A stretch of DNA of 64,000 nt from Candidatus Moraniibacteriota bacterium (GCA_043743535.1 JAYTWI010000009.1:67407-131406); one strand, 5' to 3'. Shown: positions 37,842-47,122, counted from the stretch's first letter. Numbers and translations are program-made. Notes: generated from the letters alone by a model not told the origin.

Positions 37842-38237
37842 GTGATAAACGCCAATCTGGGTTGGGAAAAAAATGTGGCTGATCTTGGCCAAGGAAAAAC
37901 CTTTTTTGAGAACATGATCGTGCAAATTCTTTTTGTCGCCGCTTTCCTCCCGACCCTTGTGAGTTTCGGGCTACTTTCCTACTTCGTCAGACCGACGGGG
38001 AATATTATCGTGCTTCATTACAATGTCTATTTCGGAGTCGATCTTTTAGGGGTTTGGTGGCAAGCTTACGCACTACCGTTCTTAGGGCTACTTCTTTCCT
38101 TAGGACATTTTTTTTTGGCTCGGCGTTTTTATCGACGGGGCGAGCGCATCGCCGCCTACTTGATGCTCTTGGCTGCCGGTATGCTTGCCTTGGGTATCCT
38201 TATCGGCAGTGCCAGTATCGCCTTCATCAATTATTGA
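37842..38237 (+). CDS. Hypothetical small integral membrane protein (3-4 TM)
   Basis: Hydrophobic ORF. ATG at 37842 is just after the rmuC stop. Confidence 0.4.
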   Translation: MINANLGWEKNVADLGQGKTFFENMIVQILFVAAFLPTLVSFGLLSYFVRPTGNIIVLHYNVYFGVDLLGVWWQAYALPFLGLLLSLGHFFLARRFYRRGERIAAYLMLLAAGMLALGILIGSASIAFINY

Positions 38238-38250
38238 TTTACTCCTCCCT

Positions 38251-39291
38251 ATGTCGCTTTTAGAGCTCTTTTCTCCCCCATTTCTCATCGCCTTTGCTTT
38301 GACGGTAGGCAGTATGCTTCTTTTCTTGTTGGTGCCTCTTTTCAAGCGTACGGTGTGGCGGAGCGGCATGCGGCATGTAGCAAAAAAAAAGATTTCGCGC
38401 TTGGGCGGTGTAGCAATGCTCATCGCTTTTTCTGTTACTACAGTACTTGATCCTCATCTTGTCATCAGCCATGAGATTTTTGGTTTGCTCGTTGGAGTTG
38501 TTTTGGTCTGTATTTTCGGTTTGTGGGACGATATTTCTGAATTGGGCTTTAAGGTGCAGATTTTTTTTCAAGTGGCACTTGCCGCCATTCTCTATATTTT
38601 CGGGATGCGTATAGAGACGCTGACGAATCCGTTCGGTGGCGTATGGGTATTGCCAACGGAGAGTTTTGTGCTTATCGGCTTTATTTTTTTGCTCCTGTGG
38701 TTGTTTTTGGTTATGAATGCTTTCAATTGGTTGGATGGTCTTGATGGTCTTTCGGGGAGCGTTTCTTTGATTACGTTTACGACAATTTTTTTTCTTAGTT
38801 TGAAGCCGGAAGTTAATCAACCACCCATCGCTCTCCTCTCGGTCATTGGTGCTGGAGTCACTCTTGGTTTCCTTATTTTCAATATTCATCCGGCACGTAT
38901 TTTGGCTGGGACAACCGGCTCAATGTTTCTTGGCTTTCTCATTACCGTTTTGGCAGTAATCGCTGGCACTAAGATAGCAACCGCGCTTCTGGTGTTGGCG
39001 CTACCAATTGCGGATGCCCTGTGGGTGATTGGGGAGCGTGTGCGGGATAAGACATCTATATTTCAGGCTGATCAACGGCACCTGCACTTCAAATTGCAGG
39101 AACTCGGGTGGTCGGAGAGCCACATTGCTTGGTTTTTTTCCTCGGTGACTGGCTGTATTGCCCTCATTGCCTTATATACGGCCGCCATAGGAAAATTTAT
39201 TGCTATCCTCCTGGTGTTAGGGATTATTTTCTCCTTACTCCTTTTTGTGGCGAGAAAGACTCGGCTAAAACAGCATGAAAAAACCGTATGA
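38251..39291 (+). CDS. MraY/WecA-family polyprenyl-phosphate N-acetylhexosamine-1-phosphate transferase (GT4)
   Basis: MNAFNWLDGLDGLSG (NxxNxxDGxDGL), GTTGSMFLGFL and RHLHFKLQELGWSE, polytopic. The motifs are mixed between MraY-like and WecA-like, so I cannot discriminate. Confidence 0.75.
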   Translation: MSLLELFSPPFLIAFALTVGSMLLFLLVPLFKRTVWRSGMRHVAKKKISRLGGVAMLIAFSVTTVLDPHLVISHEIFGLLVGVVLVCIFGLWDDISELGFKVQIFFQVALAAILYIFGMRIETLTNPFGGVWVLPTESFVLIGFIFLLLWLFLVMNAFNWLDGLDGLSGSVSLITFTTIFFLSLKPEVNQPPIALLSVIGAGVTLGFLIFNIHPARILAGTTGSMFLGFLITVLAVIAGTKIATALLVLALPIADALWVIGERVRDKTSIFQADQRHLHFKLQELGWSESHIAWFFSSVTGCIALIALYTAAIGKFIAILLVLGIIFSLLLFVARKTRLKQHEKTV

Positions 39292-39752
39292 ATGGCTTGA
39301 CAAAGAAACGAGCATTAGTAATTTTCGGCATCATTCTGTGTGGCCTCTTTTTTTGGACTGTGCAAAAACAACGGCGGGTACCAGCATTTGTGCCACAGGC
39401 TGTTTTGGTACAGGACAAGACCTTTACGCTCGAACTGGCCGTTACGCCAGAACAAATGGCCCTCGGTTTGGGGGAGCGGACAAACTTGTGTGATACCTGT
39501 GCGATGCTGTTCGTTTTTGACCGACCAGGGCGGCAGGCTTTCTGGATGAAGGGGATGCTTTTTTCCTTGGATATCGTTTGGTTACTCGATGATACGGTAG
39601 TGCATATCGAACGCGATATCCGAGCCACCACCACGGATATTTTTACCCCAAAGGAAAGGGCGAATCGTGTGCTTGAATGGAATGCTGGCGCCGGTAAAGG
39701 TCTAGAAGTGGGGGATCATGTAATTTTTTCAGGAGATACGCTTGGTCAGTAG
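39288..39752 (+). CDS. DUF192 (COG1430) domain protein with signal anchor
   Basis: FWMKGMLFSLDIVWLDD...VVHIERD matches the DUF192 pattern. Confidence 0.6.
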   Translation: MNGLTKKRALVIFGIILCGLFFWTVQKQRRVPAFVPQAVLVQDKTFTLELAVTPEQMALGLGERTNLCDTCAMLFVFDRPGRQAFWMKGMLFSLDIVWLLDDTVVHIERDIRATTTDIFTPKERANRVLEWNAGAGKGLEVGDHVIFSGDTLGQ

Positions 39753-39780
39753 TAGTTTAGTGATTTTCCCCAATATAAAA

Positions 39781-39803
39781 CCCCGCCGTTGCGGGGTTTT
39801 ATC
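39781..39803. terminator. Bidirectional intrinsic terminator between convergent genes
   Basis: AAAACCCCGCCGTTGCGGGGTTTTATCATTTT. Confidence 0.7.
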
Positions 39804-39842
39804 ATTTTCTCGAGAAAAGAACGGATGTCTGTCGTAAACGGT

Positions 39843-40451
39843 CTAGCGGTAAGCGCTGACGCGGGCAGAATACTTTTTCAGATTTTGTAGCTGATGGTCG
39901 TTTAAGGTCTTTGATTTCTCGATGGCTTGATGGATCAAATCCTTGGAGAAATCAATTGAGGTCTTGGAATTCACTGATCCATGAAAGGGTACGTGCTTAC
40001 GTAGGTAATCCTCGATATAGACTTTGTGTTCCGAGGTCAATGAGGAGTCGGTATTCTTTTCGAGGTAGTGAGCGAGTGCGCGGCGGGCCAAATGAGTAGT
40101 ACCGTTCCCGCGTTCTGCTTGTTCCACGAAAGAGGCTTCGGTCTCATGACTAAGTTCCGGAGTGACGACGACGCCAGCTTTCATTGATGCAGGAGTTGTT
40201 TCCTGTGACTTCCCCTGGTCAGGAGTAGTTGTCTCGGCATCCTGTTTCCCGAGCGTGTCTAAGAGTGTATTCGTATCATCAGAGAGCGATTGTTGCGAGC
40301 GCTGGGAGTATGAATAAATCCCGAGGGCGATAGCCGCAACAATGAAGATGCTAACGATAATGCGGAGATTCTCTTGCACCCACATTTTGGCTTGATTAAC
40401 GGAAGTATCTTCTTCTTCGAACATCGGATCCTGGCTTTCCATAAAGTTCAC
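39843..40451 (-). CDS. Hypothetical membrane-anchored protein (N-in, one TM, Thr/Ser/acidic linker)
   Basis: ORF with TM IIVSIFIVAAIALGIYSY. Confidence 0.45.
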   Translation of the reverse strand: MNFMESQDPMFEEEDTSVNQAKMWVQENLRIIVSIFIVAAIALGIYSYSQRSQQSLSDDTNTLLDTLGKQDAETTTPDQGKSQETTPASMKAGVVVTPELSHETEASFVEQAERGNGTTHLARRALAHYLEKNTDSSLTSEHKVYIEDYLRKHVPFHGSVNSKTSIDFSKDLIHQAIEKSKTLNDHQLQNLKKYSARVSAYR

Positions 40452-41055
40452 CTCTCTTTCTAGTGTTAGACAAATTTTGAAAGTGCTGCTTGCGTTGAAG
40501 CTTTGGCTCTTGGAAGTTTTGAGATTCCAACAGCTGGATCGACCTCCTGTTTCTTCATAGTAAGACCTGAAAAATCGCTTGTCAACTGGACAAAGTAACG
40601 CCTTTTCAGCCTAATGCCAATTATTTCTTGAGGTTCGCTCATCGCACCCGTTACCACCTACTTCACAGAGAATAAAAAGGAAAAAAATTTTCGAAACGTG
40701 CTCCTTCAAATGTTTGTGAAAAAACATAATTTGTCGAGCGGGGAGTCGGCATGAGAGTCGGGATTTGAAAGGTGTCAACGTCATATGAAATGAGAGAAGC
40801 AAATGAATACTAAAAAATATTTTATGTGGTGAAATTTTTTGGTTGCATTTTTTGTTTCGACTCTTGACAGTATTTTTTTCTCTTTGCATTTTTCAAAAAA
40901 AGTGTATAATAAATGTAGACAGAAATAATTTCTGTGTCACACACAAAAAAAGAATTGTGTTGTGCAAAATAAAAAAATAAATCCTTACGTCTTTCTCTGG
41001 TGAGTGAACGTACTCGTAAGAAGAGGGGCGAAGGTTTGAAGGGAGGTGAAACATT

Positions 41056-41160
41056 ATGGCAGCTAAGAAAAAAGCAGCTAAGAAAGTAGCAAAGAAGAAA
41101 GTAGCTAAGAAGAAGACCGCCAAGAAAGTTACCAAGAAGAAGACCGCCAAGCGCAAATAA
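41056..41160 (+). CDS. 34-aa Lys/Ala-rich peptide (MAAKKKAAKKVAKKKVAKKKTAKKVTKKKTAKRK)
   Basis: Strong SD GGGAGGTG 8 nt upstream of the ATG. Candidate promoter TTGCAT-15-TGTATAAT at ~40884-40913. Absent from the ORF track because it is under 60 aa. Confidence 0.5.
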   Translation: MAAKKKAAKKVAKKKVAKKKTAKKVTKKKTAKRK

Positions 41161-41248
41161 TTTTGCCACAAAGTCTTTTTGTGAAATACAAACAAAAAAT
41201 TCCCACTGCCTGTCGGCGGAGGGATTTTTTGTTACATGAAAAGGCCTT

Positions 41249-42157
41249 CTATTTTTTGATTATTGCCATGATAATGCGCTTTTTTCCAGCCAAATCAGGT
41301 ATGACTGACACGCTAGCGGTTGGAAAAGTATCCACTATGTATGCTCTCATTGGTGTCGCTTGTTCGGGGCTGATTTCGAAGAGGACGATGATCTCTTGAG
41401 GGAGTTCGCCATGGTGCACGCTTAGTTCTCGGCAACAGCGGAGATAATGATCGAGGCCATGCTCGCCGCTTATGAGAGCGCTCACCGGCTCATAGCGGAT
41501 ATCGGCGGCTGTTTTCGCGTAGAGTTTTTCTGAAACATAAGGAAGATTGGCCAAGAGGATAAGTATGTCGGCTTGCGAAAAGAGGGATACATAAGGAGCA
41601 ATGAGTGATCCATGACGGAAGACGATGGGCGGGAGTGGTGCGAGCCTCCGGGCATTTTTTTTTGCCACACGTAGTGCTCGGGTAGACAGGTCACTACCAT
41701 AAAAGGCAATGCGCTTCAGAGAAAGTGTTGTCGATGCGAGTGTCTTGGCAAGTGCAATGATGATGTTGCCACTACCCGTGCCGATATCGGCGCAGATAAT
41801 TTTCTGATGTGTATCAGTAGACAACCGATTTGTTAGAAGGACACTTACTTGTTCAACCATGATTTCTGTTTCCGGTCTCGGGATGAGTGTATCGTTTGTT
41901 ACGTGAAAGTCGAAGCCATAGAATTCCTTGTGGCCAGTGATGTAGGCGATTGGTTCATGCTGTATACGTCTGGTAGCGTACTGTTCGAATCGGCGCCTGG
42001 GAGCACTCTTTATGACGTATTCAGGGTGAGCGAGCAAGAATACCTTTTCTTGCCCGGTAGCGTGAGCTAACAGGATAAAAAAATCTTCCGGCAAGAGGAG
42101 CGGAAGGTGGAATTTCGCGAGGGCGGAAACGGTTGTCATAGCGAGAAGGGGTGACAT
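41249..42157 (-). CDS. prmC: Release-factor glutamine N5-methyltransferase PrmC/HemK
   Basis: ADIGTGSGNIIIAL SAM motif and NLPYV (NPPY-type) motif. Lies downstream of prfA in the same orientation. Confidence 0.8.
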   Translation of the reverse strand: MSPLLAMTTVSALAKFHLPLLLPEDFFILLAHATGQEKVFLLAHPEYVIKSAPRRRFEQYATRRIQHEPIAYITGHKEFYGFDFHVTNDTLIPRPETEIMVEQVSVLLTNRLSTDTHQKIICADIGTGSGNIIIALAKTLASTTLSLKRIAFYGSDLSTRALRVAKKNARRLAPLPPIVFRHGSLIAPYVSLFSQADILILLANLPYVSEKLYAKTAADIRYEPVSALISGEHGLDHYLRCCRELSVHHGELPQEIIVLFEISPEQATPMRAYIVDTFPTASVSVIPDLAGKKRIIMAIIKK

Positions 42158-43239
42158 TATGACTGTTTTTCCAATTTACGACGGATATCTTCTGCTTCCA
42201 GCGCGTCTAAAATGGGGTCGAGACCACCGCTTAAGATAGTGGGGATGTTACTCCATGACTGTTTGATGCGATGATCCGTCACGCGATCTTGGGGATAATT
42301 GTAGGTGCGAATTTTCTCGCTCCGATCTCCGGTGCCGATCTGGTCGCGCCTCGCATCGCCTAGTTCTTTGTTCTGACGGTCTTCTTCCAGTTGATAGAGG
42401 CGGGAACGCAAAACCTTCATCGCTTTGTCTTTGTTTTTTATCTGAGATTTCTCATCCTGACAACTGACTACCAGGCCGGAGGGCATATGGGTAATGCGCA
42501 CGGCACTGTAGGTGGTGTTGACTGACTGGCCACCAGGGCCGGAGGAACAGAAGGTATCGATGCGCAAATCAGTGGGGTTGATGGTAATTTCCACGTCTTC
42601 AATTTGTGGTAGGACTGCTACCGTGGCGGTCGAGGTGTGGATGCGCCCAGCCTTTTCTGTCTCTGGCACCCGCTGTACACGATGTACGCCAGATTCGTAC
42701 TTCATTTTTTGATAAACGGAAAGAGTGCTGCCAGCGTGGTTGATTTCAAAAACTACCTCTTTGAAGCCACCAACCTCAGTTTGGTTTGAGTGGAGTATTT
42801 CGACGCGCCAGCCTTGCTTTTCGGCATAGTGGGTATACGTGCGGAAGAGCTCGGCTGCAAAAAGCGATGATTCATCGCCACCGGCTCCGCCTCGAATTTC
42901 GACGATGATATCTTTGCTGTCGTTCTTGTCTTTGGGTAAGAGAAGCTTGGTTAGCTCTGCCTCGAGAGCTGATTTTTCTACTGATAAAGCCATATTTTCT
43001 TCCATGGCCAGTGTTTTGAGCTCGTCATCAGCCTCATCGGAATGAGTGAGTTCGGCATTGTCACGCATATTTTTTTCTACAGCCCGAAAACGCTCGATTC
43101 TAGACACGATGGTATCGAGCTCTGCTTTGCGTCTGCCTAAAGTGGCGAACTTTTTGTTGTCGCGGACGACGCCTGGATCATTGAGCAGTGCTGTGACCTC
43201 CTGGTATTCGCGTTCAATTCCGGTGAGCAGTTCTTGCAT
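42157..43239 (-). CDS. prfA: Peptide chain release factor 1
   Basis: GGQSVNTT (GGQ) motif, PxT-region-containing RF1 architecture, 360 aa. Confidence 0.9.
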   Translation of the reverse strand: MQELLTGIEREYQEVTALLNDPGVVRDNKKFATLGRRKAELDTIVSRIERFRAVEKNMRDNAELTHSDEADDELKTLAMEENMALSVEKSALEAELTKLLLPKDKNDSKDIIVEIRGGAGGDESSLFAAELFRTYTHYAEKQGWRVEILHSNQTEVGGFKEVVFEINHAGSTLSVYQKMKYESGVHRVQRVPETEKAGRIHTSTATVAVLPQIEDVEITINPTDLRIDTFCSSGPGGQSVNTTYSAVRITHMPSGLVVSCQDEKSQIKNKDKAMKVLRSRLYQLEEDRQNKELGDARRDQIGTGDRSEKIRTYNYPQDRVTDHRIKQSWSNIPTILSGGLDPILDALEAEDIRRKLEKQS

Positions 43240-43279
43240 AGGTCAAAAAGTCATGGTTCAAAATGTGAAATTGAAGAAT

Positions 43280-43358
43280 AACAGGTATTCACCTGATTTT
43301 ACCAGCACTCGCTCGGAAACAAAAGTGCACTTTTGTTTCACTCGCTTCGTTTGGTAAT
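43280..43358 (+). repeat. Structured repeat family copy A (~80 nt)
   Basis: aaCAGGTATTcACCTGATTTTACCAGCACTCGCTCGGAAACAAAAGTGCACTTTTGTTTCACTCGCTTCGTTTGGTAAT. Near-identical copies at 51232-51310 (reverse complement) and 60941-61021. Confidence 0.85.
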
Positions 43359-43472
43359 AGATACATTGTTAGTATACTCCATTGCAAAAGAAAAACCCCA
43401 TTGGTTTGGGATTTTTCAGTGTTTTTTCGAGATAAAAATGGACAGAGAAAAAAACCACCAGTCGTGAAGGTG

Positions 43473-43751
43473 CTACGCTTTGGCCGGCTTTGTGGGCTTG
43501 GCTTCTTTCTCGGTTTTTGGTGCCTTTTTGCGGGCTACCTGGGCGGCCTGCGTCTTGGCTGTCATTTTTTTGAAGCGATCTACGCGGCCGGTAGTGTCAA
43601 TAACCTTCTTCTTACCGGTGTAGAGGGGATGGCATAGCGCGCAGATTTCCGTGTGCATTGCTTCCACGGTTGAGCCGGTTGTCAAAACCGCTCCGCAGGC
43701 GCAGGTAATAGTTGCTTCCGTGTAGTAGGTCGGATGAATGCCTTTTTTCAT
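43473..43751 (-). CDS. rpmE: 50S ribosomal protein L31 with Lys/Ala/Pro-rich C-terminal extension
   Basis: MKKGIHPTYY...CACG...C.LCHP zinc-ribbon motifs. Extra ~25 aa tail KKAPKTEKEAKPTKPAKA. Confidence 0.85.
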   Translation of the reverse strand: MKKGIHPTYYTEATITCACGAVLTTGSTVEAMHTEICALCHPLYTGKKKVIDTTGRVDRFKKMTAKTQAAQVARKKAPKTEKEAKPTKPAKA

Positions 43752-43877
43752 AAAGATGAGGAAGATAAAGATTTTTCAGTCATGTAGCCACGAGTCTAGC
43801 ACGGTATGGTGAAATTGGCAAGCACGCCTCGTCCGCGCACGATGAGACTGGTTCATATAGCGGAAAATCCCAGTAAT

Positions 43878-43906
43878 TTGCCAAAAAGCAGCCCCTCTGC
43901 TAGACT
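43878..43906 (+). promoter_or_regulatory. Putative rpsB promoter (-35 TTGCCA, 17 bp spacer, -10 TAGACT) with ~175 nt structured leader
   Basis: TTGCCAaaaagcagcccctctgcTAGACT. The leader contains the nested hairpin GATCCC...CTGCGctcCGCAG...GGGATC. Confidence 0.35.
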
Positions 43907-44081
43907 AATCACTGTATTTTCCAGACTCTTCTCTCTCTAGAGTAAGAGCTGAAAATCAGACATACTTTCTGTTCGATCCCTTCCTGGTCTGCGCTCCGCA
44001 GCGCTTCGGGATCTGAAGCAGGCGGAAAGTAGGTGGCTCTTTTGAGAAAGAGCGTTAAGGTAATTCATAAAGAATAACAGT

Positions 44082-44930
44082 ATGACTGAGGTCACTACGA
44101 CTGAAGCGGAAGTTGAAGCGTCGCAAAAAGCTTCGGAAGAGCCTGCGAACTATTTCGCCACGGTGGATTTTGACAAGCTCGACGTCAGCTTGGAGGGTCT
44201 CCTCAAGGCGGGTGTCCACTTTGGGCATTTGAAGTCGCGTCGTCATCCGAAGATGGATGAATATATCTATACCACGCGCAAGAACATCAATATCGTCAAT
44301 TTACAGAAGACGGTAGAGAAGATGGAAAAGGCTAGCGCTTTTTTGATCAGTGTTGTCAAAAGTGGCAAACCGATTCTTTTTGTCGGTATGAAGAAGCAAA
44401 CTCACGATACCATCACTGGTATCGCCAAGCAGACTGGTCAGTACTATATGGTGGATCGTTGGCTCGGTGGGACACTGACTAACTTTGTGGCCATCCGCTC
44501 ACGGGCGCGGCATTTGGTTGATTTGCAGGCCAAGTTTGCTCAAGGTGAGTTTAAGAAATATACGAAGTTTGAGCAGGCTAAAAAGATGGAAGAGGTAGCA
44601 CGTCTCGAAAAGAAAGTGGGAGGTATCAAGGGGATGGAAGAGATGCCAGGCGCTATTGTCATCGCTGATGTTAAAGAGGCTGGTTTGGTTCTTCACGAAG
44701 CCAATAAGATGAATGTGCCGATTGTTGGTATCGTTGATACCAACACCGATCCTTCCCGTGTTGATTATCCAATTCCCGGCAATGATGATGCTCTGTCATC
44801 GCTCCGTCTCCTCTTTGGTTTCTTGGGGAAGACGGTCATACAGGCTAAGGCTGCACACATTGCACAAAAAGAAAGTGTTCTCGCCAAAGAAAAAGGAGCG
44901 ACTGAAAAAACAACAGAGACAAAGGCTTAA
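44082..44930 (+). CDS. rpsB: 30S ribosomal protein S2 (with ~35 aa acidic N-terminal extension)
   Basis: LLKAGVHFGHLKSRRHPKM, VVDRWLGGTLTN. Confidence 0.9.
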   Translation: MTEVTTTEAEVEASQKASEEPANYFATVDFDKLDVSLEGLLKAGVHFGHLKSRRHPKMDEYIYTTRKNINIVNLQKTVEKMEKASAFLISVVKSGKPILFVGMKKQTHDTITGIAKQTGQYYMVDRWLGGTLTNFVAIRSRARHLVDLQAKFAQGEFKKYTKFEQAKKMEEVARLEKKVGGIKGMEEMPGAIVIADVKEAGLVLHEANKMNVPIVGIVDTNTDPSRVDYPIPGNDDALSSLRLLFGFLGKTVIQAKAAHIAQKESVLAKEKGATEKTTETKA

Positions 44931-44991
44931 TTGTTTTTTATTTTGGGGCTCAATTGAGGGAGCGCTAAGCAAAAATCTAAAAGCAAAAGGT

Positions 44992-45576
44992 ATGAGTCAA
45001 ATGGAACAAATCAAGGCTCTGCGGGAAAAAACCGGAGCCGGTATCGTGGATGTCAAAAAAGCCCTCGATGAAGCAGGCTATGATGAGGCCAAAGCGATCG
45101 AATTATTGCGCAAGCGTGGTCAGGATAAGGCTTTGAAAAAAGGTGATCGTGAAACTCACGAGGGGATAGTTGTCGCCTATATCCATTCCAACCAACGCAT
45201 CGGCGCTATGGTCAAACTCTATTGTGAGACCGATTTCGTCGCACGTACCGATGAATTTCAGGAATTGGGGCGTGATATTGCCATGCAGGTAGCCGCTTCG
45301 ATGCCACAGTATATCAGGCCGGAAGAAGTGCCGATGGAGGTCATAGAGAAGGAGAAAGCTATCTGGCAGGAACAGCTCAAGGCTGAAGGCAAGCCAGATT
45401 CGATGTTGGAGAAAATCATGGCCGGCAAGGAAGCAAAATTCCGCAACGAGATCTCGCTCTTGACCCAGTTTTTCGTTAAGGATCCTTCGAAAACCATCGG
45501 GGAATTGCTGGCTGAGAAAATTCACAAGATGGGCGAGAATATCCAGGTCGGGTCATTTGTCCGTTATGACATGTAG
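44992..45576 (+). CDS. tsf: Elongation factor Ts (short form)
   Basis: IKALREKTGAGIVDVKKALDEAGYDEAKAIELLRKRG UBA-like N-terminus. Lies downstream of rpsB. The track ORF starts at 44713, but the in-frame ATG at 44992 fits EF-Ts. Confidence 0.85.
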   Translation: MSQMEQIKALREKTGAGIVDVKKALDEAGYDEAKAIELLRKRGQDKALKKGDRETHEGIVVAYIHSNQRIGAMVKLYCETDFVARTDEFQELGRDIAMQVAASMPQYIRPEEVPMEVIEKEKAIWQEQLKAEGKPDSMLEKIMAGKEAKFRNEISLLTQFFVKDPSKTIGELLAEKIHKMGENIQVGSFVRYDM

Positions 45577-45635
45577 GTCACCAGGCGGAACACTGAGCGA
45601 GGAAAGATGCGTAACTCACAAAAAAACAGACGGGC

Positions 45636-46430
45636 ATGTGGTATCTGATTGTTCCACCGATTATTGTCATTTCGAGTACCACTTTCTTGTTGTGGTATTT
45701 GTCACGCAAGGGGGCTGACCCGACTGTTGCTCGTCGTGTTTCAGAGGTAGAGGATTCCATCGAGGCACCAGCCTTTTCACGCACCAAATCTTTCTTACTG
45801 CGCCTGTTGGAAAAATTGGCTCAGCGTTTCAAAGTGGGGTCACTTCAGGCACATAATGCTATGAATGAGTTGTCGCAGTTTTTGCGTGAGAAACGGCGCC
45901 AAGCACAAGAGCAAATTTCGACGAAAAGAGAGATGACAGGTGAAAAAGTCTTGCTCGGACAAGTAACCGATGAAGAAAAGGAGTCGCCATTGGCGCGCTT
46001 TATGAAGAAAACTGGTGCTTTGCCTGCTCCAGCCACAATGAGAGAGGAGCGGCAGGGAATGGCTGTACCCCCCTTGGGTATGTCGGACAAAAGTATCTCT
46101 TTCCGGGAGGACTTAAGTGCCCCTATTCTGCGCAAACGTAAAGAAACGCTCTCACGTCCGATGGTGAGCGAAGTGGCCATGCATCCAGAAGGGCAAGAGA
46201 AGAAAGTCGTGCAATACAGCGCTTTGGAAGAACGATTGATTGCGAGGATCGCCGTTAATCCTAAGGATTTCACCGCTTATGAAGAGTTGGGCGATTATTA
46301 TCTCGAAATGAAAAGTATTACCGACGCCAAGGAATGTTATCGTCAGGTATTGAAACTTTCCCCAGTCCATCGCATGGTCAAAATTAAGATTCGCCGTCTC
46401 GAGAAACTCTTGACGAGGAGCGGGGAATAA
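45636..46430 (+). CDS. Hypothetical membrane-anchored protein with C-terminal TPR-like repeat
   Basis: N-terminal TM. C-terminus YEELGDYYLEMKSITDAKECYRQVLKLSP. Confidence 0.45.
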   Translation: MWYLIVPPIIVISSTTFLLWYLSRKGADPTVARRVSEVEDSIEAPAFSRTKSFLLRLLEKLAQRFKVGSLQAHNAMNELSQFLREKRRQAQEQISTKREMTGEKVLLGQVTDEEKESPLARFMKKTGALPAPATMREERQGMAVPPLGMSDKSISFREDLSAPILRKRKETLSRPMVSEVAMHPEGQEKKVVQYSALEERLIARIAVNPKDFTAYEELGDYYLEMKSITDAKECYRQVLKLSPVHRMVKIKIRRLEKLLTRSGE

Positions 46431-46453
46431 TGAGAAGCTGAAAAAGCTTTCAT

Positions 46454-46526
46454 GCCACCCTAGCTCAGTTGGTAGAGCAACGCACTTGTAATGCGTGGGT
46501 CGTCGGTTCGAGTCCGACGGGTGGCT
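46454..46526 (+). tRNA. tRNA-Thr (anticodon UGU)
   Basis: Cloverleaf: acceptor GCCACCC/GGGTGGC, anticodon loop cTTGTAa, T-loop TTCGAGT. Confidence 0.85.
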
Positions 46527-46590
46527 CACAATGTTGATTCTTATTGAATTTCGTTGTAAATTTTTAGTTGTACGTTGTTAGTTAAAAAAT

Positions 46591-46673
46591 GGGTAGGTGG
46601 TAGAGTGGTCTATTACAACAGACTGTAAATCTGTCGGCTTCGGCCTTCGGGGGTTCGAATCCCTCCCTACCCA
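46591..46673 (+). tRNA. tRNA-Tyr (anticodon GUA), type II with long variable arm
   Basis: Acceptor GGGTAGG/CCTACCC, anticodon loop aCTGTAAa, variable arm CGGCTTCGGCC, T-loop TTCGAAT. Confidence 0.85.
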
Positions 46674-46685
46674 CAAATTGAAACT

Positions 46686-46721
46686 AAAAGCCCTGGATTG
46701 TTCCAGGGCTTTTAGTTTTTT
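46686..46721 (+). terminator. Intrinsic terminator after tRNA-Tyr
   Basis: AAAAGCCCTGGattgttCCAGGGCTTTTAGTTTTTT. Confidence 0.6.
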
Positions 46722-46852
46722 ATGATAGGAGGAAGTGAACTGCTTCACTTCCGAGAGGGGTGAGAAAGACGGAGTGATGTTTCGCGAGCACGCGAAACCA
46801 CGAGTCGGGGTCGCGGAAATCTGCTCGTGACGGCGAGCGGATTATCTGTGAC

Positions 46853-46872
46853 CGAATCCCTCCCTACCCACA
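46853..46872 (+). repeat. 20 bp direct duplicate of the tRNA-Tyr 3' end (att-like scar)
   Basis: CGAATCCCTCCCTACCCACA is identical to 46656-46675 inside tRNA-Tyr. The intervening ~150 nt is hairpin-rich. Confidence 0.8.
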
Positions 46873-46923
46873 AAAACTAAGACAGCTCTCGTCAGGGTGC
46901 TGTTTTTGTGATTAGATTGAGGT

Positions 46924-47013
46924 ATGAAGAAATTTGCAGGAAAAGTAGCTGTTATTACTGGCGTCAGTCGCAAGAAAGGCATCGGTTTTGCTGTGGCAAG
47001 GCGAGTACCTTGA
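46924..47013 (+). pseudogene. N-terminal fragment of a short-chain dehydrogenase/reductase (Rossmann GxxxGxG region only)
   Basis: MKKFAGKVAVITGVSRKKGIGFAVARR then a stop. The Rossmann fold does not continue in any frame. Confidence 0.55.
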
Positions 47014-47122
47014 AGCAGGATTGAGAAATTTTTTCGTCAGGAAAAATATTCGTGATCTAATCCGGTTGTTTCATCTCTGTTTATAAAAATAACCCTCGTC
47101 AGAGAATCATTTTTGGGATCAG

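Noticed and set aside
41185-41235. Clean intrinsic terminator after the 34-aa peptide gene
   Set aside because: TCCC(16-nt loop)GGGA followed by TTTTTTG is suggestive, but the stem is short and imperfect. Not reported as a feature.
46723-46872. tmRNA or second tRNA-Tyr with large intron
   Set aside because: No 5' acceptor-strand partner (GGGTAGG) or tmRNA 5' end/resume-codon region could be found. Only the 3'-terminal 20 nt match.
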